A stretch of 41,947 nucleotides of DNA from Octopus bimaculoides (taxonomy: Eukaryota), in assembly GCF_001194135.2 (NCBI RefSeq), contig NC_068982.1, positions 100,279,493-100,321,439 on the forward strand, read 5' to 3'. This document shows, in pieces, positions 1-12,182 of the stretch. The stretch's first letter is position 1. Every line of letters starts with the position of its first letter. The notes beneath the pieces were generated by a model, which was not told the DNA's origin, searched no databases, and saw only the letters and a program-made list of their open reading frames with translations. The position numbers and the translations under genes are program-made.

Positions 1-676
1 TATATATATATATAAGTTCAAAAAAAGACAAAAAACAATAACAAAAAACAACAAAGTGAGGACGTGATACGGATAGTGTTATTAGACGCTCGGGAAAGGA
101 AGATATATATAATAGTTTATGTATATATTAATATTATCTCAGTTAAAAAAAACCTTGACAATGTAAATATGTTAATAGTTACCATGGGTAGCAAAAAACA
201 CAAAAAAAACCTGGATATCACACCCGTTTTATAGGGAGAGATACCATATATATTTATATATATATGTATGTGTATATATATATATGTGAAGGCTGTCATG
301 TAGATTGGTTAATACTTCCATTTTTTTTTAGGCTCTCTTTGAGTCATTATCATCATCATTTAAAATCCGTTTTCCATGCTGGCGTGGGTTGGACAGTTTG
401 ATTGAAAACTGGCAATTACCAGATGATTTCTCACTATTTTAAGTTGTAGTGGAATCGCAACCTATATCGCAAATAGGCATATGAATATTGTATAAGTCTT
501 TATGATTGAAAAATTTACTGTATTTTGTACATGTGAGTATATCAGCCTGTGGGCACAACAAAATGGGCTCACGGGCACAATTGTACCTGTGGGTGGGGTT
601 TTCCGCATCCCTGCTTTATATTATAGTTAATAAATTTTTATTTTTCACAACCTGTTTTTTCTTGTTTTCTTTGTAG

Positions 677-888
677 GTTCTGAGCTAAATCCTTCTTCCT
701 CAATTGATGAGACTGCTGAGAAAAGGTTGCAGTATTACTTAGGGGGAGTATATTCACATATAGAACTTCTTAAGATACACATGAAAGAATTGAACCCTAA
801 ATTTACTGAAAACACAAATCCATACTTATTGATGATGGACCATATTACTGACCTTCTTAATGAAGATGTTATTCTATCTGCTTTTTAA
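677..888 (+). CDS. Terminal coding exon of an unidentified gene that begins upstream of the window: xSELNPSSSIDETAEKRLQYYLGGVYSHIELLKIHMKELNPKFTENTNPYLLMMDHITDLLNEDVILSAF*
   Basis: Strong acceptor tttttcttgttttctttgtag|GT, then 2 nt plus 69 sense codons and TAA at 886-888. Non-repetitive, protein-like composition. AATAAA at 1051-1056. The family is not recognised. Confidence 0.65.
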
Positions 889-965
889 TTATTGTATAGA
901 TAATTTTTTTTTTTCATAACATGTAAGTTTCTGGTGAATGATATTGGTGAATAACAATAATCTGA

Positions 966-968
<3 letters not shown>

Positions 969-1002
<34 letters not shown>

Positions 1003-1118
1003 TGTTGATGTCATCAGTATGATGTAGATGTACGGACACATACATATATAAATAAAAGAAAGTAGTTAGGATCTGGATAAAAGCTATTTAGCATGTTCAC
1101 CCCTTTTAAGGGATTCAT

Positions 1119-1178
<60 letters not shown>
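969..1178. repeat. Two (TA)n microsatellites (about 969-1002 and 1121-1178)
   Basis: Seen directly in the sequence. Confidence 0.95.
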
Positions 1179-1390
1179 GAATTTCATTTATGTATATATA
1201 TGAATTTCAGCTGCTGTGAAACATGGGATTAAGAAACCTAGAGTAGAGCTGGAGTGAAACTTCAAATATATAAATAAACTCTACTTCGTGTATTAAGTAA
1301 TCTTTATTTTTCGCTCCATTTACTTTAAGGCCTTTTGATTACAGCTTTTGTTTCTATGCCTTGAATTTCTTCTTTAAATCTTCTACAGAT

Positions 1391-2165
1391 TCAGCCTAAA
1401 GGACCAGCTCATCAGCACATAAGGGTTTGCATGGGCAGCTAGTCTTGAACTCCTGTGTTATAGCCTGTGACATGACTCTTTTCTGTTATTTCCCCACAAT
1501 GTGACAATCAGGACTGACTTAAGTGACTTTGAGTGTTCCTCATGCTTATCAAGGTTTCTCTCACTTCACTTTCTGGCTCAGAGGAAAGGGCAGTCTCGCT
1601 GTTGAGTCTGTTTAAGATGGGACTTTTTCTCTCTCTCTCACAGACACATTTTCCACACCTCTTTCTTTTTGGTGTCAATAAGAGCAAGTGCACCATTATC
1701 ATATCATACATACTTCTCAACATCTTGATTCTTGCCTGAGAGAGACAAGGTGGGGTTGTTAAGTGTATCAATAATGCTATATTCAAAAGCCTTAATAGAG
1801 TCTCACTCCATTTGTTGGTTTGGTATATAGCAGTTGTCTCCTTGTGATCATCTGTCCTTTGAGACTGGTGTTGTTTTTTGTACTGTCAGTGTATTCCCAA
1901 TTTAATCACCAACATCAAGTAGAACTGGTTTACATTATCATCAATAGCAGTTCCAGCAGCCTTCATAACCTAAACACCACTAGCTAACGTATTGCTGTCA
2001 CTTGATTGGCTGGTCATTCTTTTTAGTGTATTTGAGGAAGACCTTCTCTCTTTGTTGTGTTGCTCTCATCCATCAACCTCTTTTAATACCACTTCTGTGT
2101 TTCCTTCAGCACCAGTAAGAGTAAATCTCCCATTATATTTCTGTACACACTTCTCCCCAATGATG
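1391..2165 (-). mobile_element. Degenerate RTE-type LINE reverse-transcriptase fragment
   Basis: Minus-strand translation runs from ..IGEKCVQK.. (also in the 27772 fragment) to ..GCPCKPLCADELVL, a decayed YADD motif. Many stops and frameshifts. Confidence 0.75.
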
Positions 2166-2208
2166 TATTGATTTTTTTCTTACCTACTGCCTTGCAATCC
2201 ATAATAAC

Positions 2209-2376
2209 TATTTGGCAAAGGCGGGAACAGGCTAGTCACTAAAATAAATGCTACAGGAAGATATCATACTCAATGATTGGTATAAAAGTATCATTGTCAA
2301 CTGCTACATGAGCATGATCTACATCTTCTTATATTACCTATTTGAGTAACTAGCCTGTTCCCACCTTCACCAAATA
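2209..2376. mobile_element. Putative MITE (~168 bp) with ~32-bp imperfect terminal inverted repeats and TA ends
   Basis: TATTTGGCAAAGGCGGGAACAGGCTAGTCACT (2209-2240) is the reverse complement of AGTAACTAGCCTGTTCCCACCTTCACCAAATA (2345-2376) with 4 mismatches. Confidence 0.7.
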
Positions 2377-2382
2377 TTTTAA

Positions 2383-2598
2383 CCCGTGAGCATTTAATCC
2401 TGCCATATCCAGCCCAAATATTCTGTTTTATGTTCAAACTGACCAGATCCTGCCTTTCACATCTACCCTACAATTTCATTTTGAAAATATACAATCACAT
2501 CATTGAGATTGCTATGTTACAAGGTGATAAATGATTAGTTGAAAACAATATGAATAAATAAACATTACATTTGACAGAGTAATCTGAATGCTAAAGGG
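2383..2598 (-). mobile_element. piggyBac-type MITE, copy 1 (TTAA-flanked)
   Basis: TTAA|CCCGTGAGCATT ... AATGCTAAAGGG|TTAA. The interior is the reverse complement of the copies at 14066 and 14332. Confidence 0.8.
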
Positions 2599-3014
2599 TT
2601 AAGCATTTCAACAGTTATGCCAAACAGATCAACCCTATCAAGGACCTTCAGAATATCCATTTCATTGAAAGATGACCATGGCACTGTGAGGATCCTATTT
2701 CAGTGGGAATAGGTTGGAAAGTCCATTTCAGCTAATGCACATTGACAATTTACTATCTCATCTCTAATAATAATCCGTCTCATTTGCCCACCACAGCAAA
2801 CCTTAGGATTATATCACCAAACTGATATTAATAGTTTTTCTTTCTTAGAGTATAATATTGAATATTAAAATATCTTTTTCTAAACTATTCATCAATTAAA
2901 TGATGTTCATTTTTGTCATTTTATTGATATTGATAAAAGTTGCACGAGTTTAATTAAAATTTTCATGTTTAAACTTACATCATTAAAAAAAAAAAAGAGT
3001 AAATATACATTGAT

Positions 3015-3935
3015 ATGTGTGTGTGTGGCGTACTTGATATTATGTCATTGTTGTAAACTAGTATCTTTATCATACAAGTGATGTTGTTCATTTCCAATCT
3101 TCCATGGAAATGTGTCCAGCCATGGGGAAATTTGACCTTGCTTGTTAATAGGTGAGGGATGGTGATACCAGGAGGGGCATCCAACCAGAGGAAATCCAAT
3201 TAATTCATGCCAAACAAGTATGAAAAGTTAGATAATGATGATGATATAAAATTGTTTATCAAAACATTTTGAAGATCAAATTTGAGAGGCTTCTTTACTC
3301 AACATAATTTCTGGACTTCTCATGCAAGGTTCTCCACAGATTCAAATTTCTTACTGGATTTTTTTGGCAGCAGAATAAATTTTCCAAAATATCTGTGATT
3401 CCAGACTGAGAGCATGACTGTGCAGTTGAGAAGTTTGCTTCCTTAACCTGTGGTTTCAGGTTCATTCCCACAGTATGGCACCTTGGGCAAGTGTCCTCTG
3501 CTATAGCCCGGTGAGTAGTAGACAAAAACTGAAAGAAGCCCATTGTTGTCATCATCATTTAATGTTCCATGCTGGTATAGATTAGATGGTTTGACAGCAT
3601 CTAGAACTGCATGGTACTTGAATGTCTGCTTCAGATGGCTGGATGCCCTTCCTTACACCAGCCACTTCACACAATGTACTGAGTGCTGTTTTTTAAGACA
3701 CCATATATTGTACATATGCATATGTATGTTTGTGCATCCAGTTCTTGACATGATACTTGTAAATGTATATCACTGTCATAAAAGCAGTGTTATCTGTTTT
3801 CACTTCCCCATGAAAACATGTTTGGTTATGGGGAAACATTACATTGCTAAGAAACAAGTGAGGGCTGATCATTGCAAAATCATCTATCGCAAAGAATTTT
3901 CCAACCCATGCAAGCATAGATAATTGGATGTTAAA
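3015..3935. mobile_element. Cluster of SINE-like fragments (RTE-tail family about 3015-3250 +, 3544-3700 -, 3770-3935 +; tRNA-derived SINE about 3410-3545 +)
   Basis: Motifs GGAAGGGCATCC/GGATGCCCTTCC, (GAT)n tails and GGTTCATTCCCAC..GGCACCTTGGGCAAGTGTC are shared with many other copies in the window. Confidence 0.75.
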
Positions 3936-5208
3936 ACTTCAGAGACCCAGAGTTGTAGATTATCATTGTTTTATTTTTTGTTTTTGTTTATACAAAATTA
4001 AGATAAAAAATCCTGTTTGCTTTCTAAAAGAAAATGTTTTTTTACACTTATAAAGAGCAATGTTGTTATATTATTGTGAGAGATGGGAATGAAATAGAGA
4101 TTGAAAGCTGGAGAGAAATAAGGTGAGCATTGAATGTGTAATGTCAGCATGCATGAATGACAATAAATGTGAGCTCAGAAAGAAAAGAATGATATTTAAG
4201 TGAAGATGAACCAAACAACCAAAGTAGAAGAAGCCTGCAGAACAAACTTCTTCATAATGTGTTTTATGAGAAAAATATTGTAAATTATTTTCAATTCAAC
4301 TATTTTATGTTATTGTAACATTACATTGCAATTGGAGCAGTATCATACTATAAAGCATTCCTATCCAATTATGATGAATAAAATATCTTCAGCCTGTTCC
4401 CTCTTTTTTGTTTGTTATATTTTGGTTCTGATTATTCTTGTGCATCTTAAATCAGTTCCTCCAAATAAATATTAAAAGACAACTGTACATAAACTTTAAA
4501 AAACTAACACAAAAATCAATAACATTACACTTTATGTTAATCATAAGCTCATCAGCCTTTTACCAGTTTTGTCATCTCAACATGGGTTGGTCAGTTTGTC
4601 ATAGTTTGGCTCTTTCTTGGGAGTCACTGCTCCTATAAACTAATGCTTGTCTCATTTGGCTTGATGCTCCTCTTATCACCAACCACTTTACAGAGTCTAC
4701 TGGGTGCATTTTCTCATGGTACCAACACTAGAGAGTTTAACTAATAGGGTCTAAGAATTCTGCTCATTTGGTAACATATTTTCTTATATATTATCCCTAC
4801 CCTATAAATTGTGTGCATTCAATCAAAATGATGAGTAATTAATTAAGTCTAAACTTATAACCCAACACTGCATATGTAGGATGGTTATATAGCAGATGTG
4901 GAATTTAAAAGGTTAGATTGACTAAATAAAGTTTATTTGTATAGTTAGTGTTAACATATTAGAAATAATTACATAGTAAGGAAAAGTCTATTAATGATTA
5001 GATGCAAGTGTAGCTATGTGGTTCAATAACAAAAAGTAACTAAAAAGCACATTTTGATAAAAAAAAAAATGTTGAAGTCCTGCAAGTGTGGAAAAGCTAA
5101 CATTAAAAACAATACTGGTGATATCTGTTTTCACAAAAGTATATATCTCATAACTATTAAAAAGACTAGTTAAAGAAAACAAACACTAATGGAAATTTCT
5201 CAAAAAAA

Positions 5209-5214
5209 TTTATT
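5209..5214 (-). other. Candidate polyadenylation signal for MRPL35 (another at 4932-4937)
   Basis: AATAAA on the minus strand ~370 nt after the stop codon. Motif only, in AT-rich DNA. Confidence 0.3.
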
Positions 5215-5584
5215 AAAAGGTTCGTTTACTTCAACTACCTGAATCTGTTGGTGTTACTCTCGGAGACAGGCTGAAAGTAGTGAAGTGCATCAGTTTTATA
5301 TACATAGAGTATGTCTTTAAATGTAATCAAAATACTCAATACAAGTAGAGTAAATTCATTTAAAGCAGATATTTCACTCTTTCATTAATTTCAAGTCTTT
5401 GCTCAAATAAATGTAGGGAAACTTAGCCATAGTTCAGCTTTGGATGAAAACATATATACATATACACATAAGCTATATAGCTAATGAAAGTTTTTGTTTT
5501 CAAAGGCTTAAAAAGCTGGATCACTGTATCTTTTGAGTTAAAGAGCAAAATATATAATAAATTTGATCCATTAAAATATATTAT

Positions 5585-5948
5585 CTATGGGAAAAACAAA
5601 GGCTTTTTGACTTCAAATTTTGTAGTGCTTCTATCTTGATATATTTCATAAGGATCATCTGGGAAATATCTTTTCTTCAGCCAGTGACGAGAAACCATTT
5701 TCTCTAATTTCTTAGATTGAGTCTTGTTGCAAAAAACTGTTTCTTGGAGCCTGAAAATACGCCTGCTGGATTTAGCCCAACGTTTATTATTTCGACCAGA
5801 TCTTGCTCTAATCCAAAGTCCAGATCTCAAGCGATAAAATCGACTTATTACAGCTGAACTAGATTTTGGTCTGCCTCTTTTATAGCTACAAACTATTTTA
5901 TTTCGAATGCTTATGACATTAGGTGTCTGTGGAGCACTCAGTAGTTTT
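5585..5948 (-). CDS. MRPL35: Mitochondrial ribosomal protein L35 (bL35m), coding exon 3 (terminal; contains the L35 domain)
   Basis: [75 protein letters not shown] matches recalled vertebrate MRPL35 ([44 protein letters not shown]). Acceptor ttttgtcttcttccag|A, phase 2. TAG at 5587-5585. Confidence 0.95.
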
Positions 5949-6194
5949 CTGGAAGAAGACAAAAAAATATGATGAATGGATATTTAAAAATATAGGTTTC
6001 TTATGACAATACAACAAAGTTTATTTTCTTTTTATAAGCAAGAATAGTATCAATTTAAATATATTTACTATAAGTATTTGTGAACTTCAAAAGCTGAAAA
6101 GTGAAAGTAACCTTGGAGCAATTTGAACAGAGAATGTGTCACTGAATTAGTTACAAAACTGCCATTCTTATGAAAATACTATTCATTCTTAGGA

Positions 6195-6400
6195 ATCATC
6201 ATCATTTAATGTCTGTTTTCCATTCTGGCATGGATTGGATGGTTCGACAGGAGCCAGCCAGCTGAAGAGCTGCCCAGGTTCTACAGCTAGATGCTCTTCA
6301 TAACACCAACTACTTTACAGTGTACTGGGTGCTTTTATGCAGCATCAGCACAGGTGTATTTACGTGGCACCAGCACCCATGAGTCACAAGATTAGGATCA
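6195..6400 (-). mobile_element. RTE-tail SINE-like element
   Basis: catcatcatttaatgtc...gatgctcttcataacaccaactactttacagtgtactgggtgc matches the family. Confidence 0.75.
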
Positions 6401-6454
6401 CTCAGCTGGAGAGGGATGCAAGGCTCAAGCCTGTATGCAAGGGCAACCACACTT

Positions 6455-7230
6455 TTATTTAGCTTTGTGTGTTTTCTCAAGCACAGCAAACCACCAGGAA
6501 CCTTGGTCCCCTATCATTCCCTGTGAGTCCCAAAGTCAGTAGATCCTTTCTCACCACTTCATTCCACGCTTCCCTGGGTCTACTCGTTCCACATGTTCCC
6601 TCTACTGTTAGAGACTGGTACCTTTTGATGCAACTGTCTTCATTCATATGCGTTACACGGCCATACCAGTACAGTCTTCTCTCTTGCACACTACACTAAA
6701 TCACTTACACTCTGTCACATATGCACACTGATATTACTCAACCAGTGGAGCATACTGGCTTCATTTCTTTCAAGCCTTCTCATATCCTCAATAGTCACAG
6801 CCTATGTCTCACTGCCATGTAGCATAACTGTTTGTAGACAGGCATCACACAACCTGTGTTTCACTCTGAGGTAGAGGCCCTTCGTTATCAGATATAGCAG
6901 CTTTCTGAACTTTGCCCATCCTATTCTTATTCTAGCAGCTAAGCTTTCAGAACAACATCCCCCACTACCAACTTGGTCACCTAAGTAATGGAAACTGTCT
7001 ACTACTTCTAAGGAGTCTATTTTTTATTCATTTGACATTTGAGTGAGTCTACTTTTTATTCATTCCTGGTGTTTAATGCACTTGTACATCTCTTAGTCTT
7101 CCAGTAATATTGCTGCACCCCTTATGTATCCACAGCTTGCACTAAGTACACTGTATGGAGTGTCTCCCAACACCTTTTCAATATATCGATCAGGGCCATC
7201 TCCCTGAAAGGATCTGTGATTTGTCTGGTT
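6455..7230 (-). mobile_element. RTE-type LINE 3' fragment
   Basis: MQERRLYWYGRVTHMNEDSCIKRYQSLTVEGTCGTSRPREAWNEVVRKDL is the typical C-terminal region of RTE ORF2. Confidence 0.85.
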
Positions 7231-7264
7231 CAATGCAATTCAATCAGAATTATTCATCACATAG

Positions 7265-7425
7265 GCAAGGTCATGGCTGTGTGTTTAAGAAGTTTGCTTC
7301 ATAACAACATGATTTCAGGTTCAGTCCCACTGTGTGACATCTTGTGCAAGTGTCTTCTAGTAGTGTCCAAATCTTTATGAGTGAATAATTTGGAATGCAG
7401 AAATGGGAAAAAAACCTGGTGTGTA
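7265..7425 (+). mobile_element. tRNA-derived SINE with CORE-like segment
   Basis: catggctgtgtgtttaagaagtttgc..ggttcagtcccactg..cttgtgcaagtgtcttct, with A/B-box-like head. Confidence 0.8.
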
Positions 7426-7429
7426 TGTG

Positions 7430-7925
7430 TTGAAAATATAGAAGCTAAAATACAAATTAGCTGGAGAAAGTTTAGAGAATTTTTACCTCTGTTGGTAGCA
7501 AAAGGCCTCTATCTCAGAAGGAAAAGCAGATTGTATGATGCCTGTGAATGAACAGCAATGCTACATGGCTGTTAAAATTGGGCTATGAATGCAGAGAACA
7601 CGCAAAGACTTGAAAGAAATGAGACAAGTATGCTCTGATGGATGTGCAATGTCAGTGTGCATATAAGACCAAGTACAAATGTGTTTGGAGAAAAATTAGG
7701 TATAAGAAACACTGGATATGGTGTGCAGGATAGAAGATTGAGCTGGTAAGTGGATGGATAAGGGCAGCTGTATAAAGAAGTGCTGATCGCTAACCATGGA
7801 AGGAACATGTGGAAGAGGTAAACTTAGGAAAATGTGGAATGAACTGGTGAAGACTGACTTCACAATGTTGAACCTCTAAGAGGAGAGGACAGAGATGAAT
7901 GGCATTACAAAGACCCATCCATCTC
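7430..7925 (+). mobile_element. RTE-type LINE 3' fragment, inverted relative to the 6455 and 10090 copies
   Basis: gctggagaaagtttagagaatttttacctctgttggtagcaaaaggcctctatctcag aligns by eye at roughly 70% to the reverse complement of 6780-6945 and 10400-10560. Confidence 0.8.
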
Positions 7926-8229
7926 AGCAAAATTGGGGCTCTTTCAAGCCTTCCTCTACAATTCATCTATTTTCTTCGCTTTCTGCTACAGTGAACTGAT
8001 ATCCTCTGAGTTCAATTCATTCCTTATCTCTAATCATGTCACACTATTTTCATTTAGTGCACTTCCTATTGTCTCATATTTATATTGTATCTGGACCCCA
8101 TATCTCTTTCTTGTCTCTCTTTCTTCCCCTCACTCTCCAGGTGGACAAGTCATGTATTTACGTCTTCAGCAAGTCACCTGCTCCTCTCCCTCTATCATAG
8201 TTTCTTTCCCCAGTCTATACCTTGTCCAC

Positions 8230-8380
8230 CCTGCTGGGTGGTTGGTGTTAGGAAGGGCATCCAACTGTAGAAACCATGTCAAAGCAGACATAGAGCCTGG
8301 CAGAGCCCCTGGCTCATCTGTTCCTGTCGAACTGTCCAACCCATGTCAGCATGGAAAAAGGAATGTTGAGTGATGATGAT
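8230..8380 (+). mobile_element. RTE-tail SINE-like element
   Basis: ggttggtgttaggaagggcatccaactgtagaaaccatg...gtgatgatgat. Confidence 0.8.
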
Positions 8381-8408
8381 AAACACACACAAACAAAACA
8401 TGCATGAG

Positions 8409-8551
<143 letters not shown>

Positions 8552-8764
8552 AATTTGTTGAGGCAGGTCTTCTATGCCCAGATGCTCTTCCTGTTGCAAA
8601 AGTTCACCAGTTTACGAGTAAGGTGATATTTCCCCATGGCCAGGCCATGGTTCCATGAGATGTTGGAAACAAAGAACACAGTTTCTATGACAATATTTTC
8701 TGTATGTGTTAGAAAATAAAGACTCGCAAATGAGAAATTTTTGCCATCTGCAAATGTTTGCTAT

Positions 8765-9115
8765 CTGCATGGCTGTGTGGTTTAAAAGGTTGCTCTGAAA
8801 CCACATAACGGACAGTATCTTGGGTGTTTCCAACTATAGCCCCATTCTGACCAATGCCTTGTGAGTGAATTTGGTGCATGGAAACTATATGGAAGCCTGT
8901 TTATGAAACTTTTTGTGTCTTTGCGCTTGTCTCTTACCACCACTTAAAAACCAGTGTTGGTTTGTTTACATCAACATAACTAAGTGGTTTGGGAAAAAAG
9001 ACTGATAAAATAAGGACCAGATTTAAAAATAGGTACTGGAGCCAATTTGACTGAACTCTTCATGGAGGTGCCCCAGCATGGCCGCAATCTGATGAGTGAA
9101 ACAAGTAAAAGATAA
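8765..9115 (+). mobile_element. tRNA-derived SINE with long tail
   Basis: catggctgtgtggtttaaaagg head and ...gcatggccgcaatc..gaaacaagtaaaagat tail. Confidence 0.8.
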
Positions 9116-9382
9116 TAGACCTTAAGCATGCATGTAAACAATAAAAACAACTAAAGTCAATTTAGTACATCAAAAAGTATGTAAACCATGAAAATAATTG
9201 GAAATCATTCTAATTCCTTAAACCATTTATCTGTTGAACCATTCAGCTGTATCAAAGCAACCTCTTGTTTTTCATTTATTAATCAAAATGGGACAACAAA
9301 CAAACATTGGCCCTGCTTCACAAAATAACCCTAGAAAAACTACAGATTTCAATATAAACATTTAGAGATATGACATACTTAC

Positions 9383-9584
9383 TGATTTAATCCATTACAA
9401 CCTATATATCTATGAATTTGCGTTGGTTGGCAGACAGAGACAAATGATCTGAGAGGCATAAGTGAATTTTGGTTGTTGAATTGATGCAAAAGTAGTGGTT
9501 TTGATGACACAGAAGAAATTATGCTTGGTAAAGATGCAGGTGAATACATAGATTTTGCCACATATTGAGTAGCAGCAGATAAAA
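9383..9584 (-). CDS. MRPL35: MRPL35 coding exon 2 (presequence-like: VLSAATQYVAKSMYSPASLPS...GCNGLNQ)
   Basis: Acceptor (t)12ag|TTTTATC and donor AATCA|gtaagt. The 202 nt convert phase 1 (exon 1) to phase 2 (exon 3), giving an open 594-nt CDS. Confidence 0.9.
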
Positions 9585-9789
9585 CTAAAAAAAAAAAAGC
9601 AATGATTAAAAATAAAATATATTTAATGCAAATAGCATATTGTTTAGTAAGTCATGACAATCCGGCAATTACAAATATTTTGTTCATAGTGATAAAGTCT
9701 TTTACATGTCACCTCATTTTTCAAAGACATCCAATTTCAGGATTCCAATTGTTGCCACTATACATTTAGATTATTAGTGCTGATATTTA

Positions 9790-9960
9790 GGTGTCATCTT
9801 TATCACACTGGGCAAAATGTTCGGAGTTCAAATTCCACCAAGGTCAAGTTTGCCTTTCATTCTTTTGGGGTCAATAAAATAAGTACCAGTCGAACACTGG
9901 AACTGATGTAACCAACTTACTCCCTCCCTGAAACTGCTGGCCTTGTGCTAAAATTTGATA
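9790..9960 (+). mobile_element. tRNA-derived SINE, second family (Meta-like core)
   Basis: B-box GAGTTCAAATTCC and core gtttgcctttcattcttttggggtcaataaaataagtaccag. Flanked by CTGATATTT at 9780 and 9961 (candidate TSD). The family name is tentative. Confidence 0.75.
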
Positions 9961-10089
9961 CTGATATTTGAGTGTTAACTGCAAGAAAGTCTTACTGAGA
10001 GGAGGTGATTACTTCAGGAAAGACATTTATTTTTATAAGGCAAATATCATGAGTCATAACACAAAATATGTTCTTTATGTACCACCACT

Positions 10090-10680
10090 ACGGATGCACT
10101 TGGCTTGACAGGTCCGCTCAAGCACAGCATATCGTCAAAAGTCTTCCTCACCAGTCATTGCCTCTGTGAAGTTTGAAGATCATGCTTCACCACCTTATCC
10201 CATGTCTTCCTGAGTCTACCTCTACCACAGGTTCCCTTCACAGAAATCGGCACTTCTTTACACTGCTATCCTCGTCCATACACATCACATGACCATACCA
10301 GCACAGTTGTCTCTCTTGCACATCACATCTGTTATGCTTAACTTTTCTCTCAAGATGCTTATACTCTGTCGAACAGGCACACTGACATTGTACATTCTCA
10401 AGCCTACGCATGTCCTCGACAGCCATAGCCCATGTTTCACTGCCATGCAGCTTAGCTGTTCACACACCGGCATCAAACAATCTGCCTTTCACTCTGAGAG
10501 AGAAGCCCTTTGCTGCCAGCAGGGATAGGAGCTCTCTGAACTTTGCCCAGCCTAATCTTTTTCTCACAGCTACGCTCTCAGAGCATCCACCTCCACTACT
10601 AACTTGGTCACCTAGATAATGGAAGCTATCTACTACCTCTAGCTTGATCCCCTGGCAGTTGATGGAGTCTATTTTCTGCA
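10090..10680 (-). mobile_element. RTE-type LINE 3' fragment
   Basis: LEVVDSFHYLGDQVSSGGGCSESVAVRKRLGWAKFRELLSLL and QERQLCWYGHVMCMDEDSSVKKCR in different frames. Confidence 0.9.
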
Positions 10681-10681
10681 C

Positions 10682-11690
10682 TGGGTCATCCCATAAGTAA
10701 TGCGGCATTTTTGTACTTCTTTTATTTTTCAAAATTAAGATAAAGTTCTTTTTTAATCTAAAATATACTCTCCTTCATTTTCTACAATGTTCTTCCATCT
10801 ATCTGGTAGACTTGCAAGGCCCCTCTTCCAAAATTCACTTGTCTGTGATGAAAAATACTCCTCCAGTACTGTTCTGACCTCATCTACAGAATTCATATTT
10901 TTTCCATCCAAATGATTTTTAAGACTGAGGAATTATCGTTTGGTTTGGGTTTAAAAGTTGAAAGTGGACTAAGCCTTTCATGTCCCACCAAACAGATAAT
11001 GACACCTAACGTGGGTGAAGACCTTCTTTAGCCTGGGGTGCCAGTGTTTCTCCTTTCCCTACATACTGTCTTTGGCACTTGACACTTTTATAGAGAACCC
11101 ATTTCTTGTCACCAGTCACTATTCGGTTCAAAAAAGGTTCATTTGTGAGAAGAGCACAAATTCACTCACTGCGTGTGATTAAACTTGGAAAGTTTGTGAG
11201 GAACCCATTGACTTAATTTGCTGACTTTTCCAATGGCACACAGGTGTCGATGAATGATTGAATGACCAAATCCAAGCTTCTCTGCTAGTTCCTCAACAGT
11301 AACGATGGGATTTTGTTTCAGCAGGGTTTGGGACGAGGCTCGTCGTCTAGGCTGTAGTTTCCGACTCGGAATTTCTGGAACCACCCTTGACACTGGCTTA
11401 CGCTTATTGTCCAATCCCCATATACTGCATTAATGTTCCTCATACTTTCCGTTGCCTTTATTGAACTCATAAAGCAAAATATGCCGAATATGCTCCTTTG
11501 TCACTTCTATTATAGCGTTAAAATAATAACTTAAAATCGAACTGCACTCTTCCAAACTTGTACTACAAATAAGGACAAGGTAAAATTACTACCTGCATTT
11601 ATAACAAGTTGATGCAGGTAGTTTATCCCGTGCCACTCCGACTTTTAGTTCATGCAATTGAAAAAACCGCATTATTTATGGGATGACCCA
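10682..11690 (-). mobile_element. Mariner-family DNA transposon, internally deleted and non-autonomous, with both TIRs
   Basis: 24-bp TIRs with 1 mismatch (10682-10705 and 11667-11690). Transposase remnants LKQNPIVTVEELAEKLG..SQWVPHKLS, RIVTGDKKWVLY, LHPR, SVWWDMKG and C-terminal RGLASLPDRWKNIVENEGEY. Confidence 0.9.
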
Positions 11691-12154
11691 ACATATAAAA
11701 GACGGGAACATCAGTCGAGATTATCATTGAGTACAGCCAGCTTGGGATTTAAGGAACACAGGGACAAAACAAGGACGTTTAAGTAGCTTGTTTTGTGCTA
11801 TATAAATTTTAGAAACATTAACTGTGATTTATAATTCATGCTTTTATATCACATTCTTATTAAACTCGAGGAATTACTGTGTAAACCTAAAAGAACAGAC
11901 ATAACCAATGAAACTGCTTTCTATATGTGTGTAATAGCAACTATTTACTACACTGTTAACTTCGATCTTCATATGACATCTGCATATTATCTAGCATAAT
12001 TGCATTAACGAACTGATTGATTGCAATACATATTTAGAGTGTCGACAGTATAAAAAGTATTGTTCGTACTCTATCGTATCATTCTGTTTGAGTGACACCA
12101 ATTTAAAACAGAAATAAGAAATGTCCAACAAAAGAATTTCAATAAACGACTCAC

Positions 12155-12182
12155 CTCTGAAGCCCTGCCTGACACAAGCCAT
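12155..12182 (-). CDS. MRPL35: MRPL35 coding exon 1 (MACVRQGFR)
   Basis: gcaATGG start context and consensus donor AGAG|gtgagt. Phase 1 fits exon 2. Arg-containing, acid-free presequence start. Confidence 0.88.

Noticed and set aside
1508-1786. 92-aa minus-strand ORF as a host gene
   Set aside because: It lies inside the LINE RT remnant, between the IGEKCV and CADELVL motifs.
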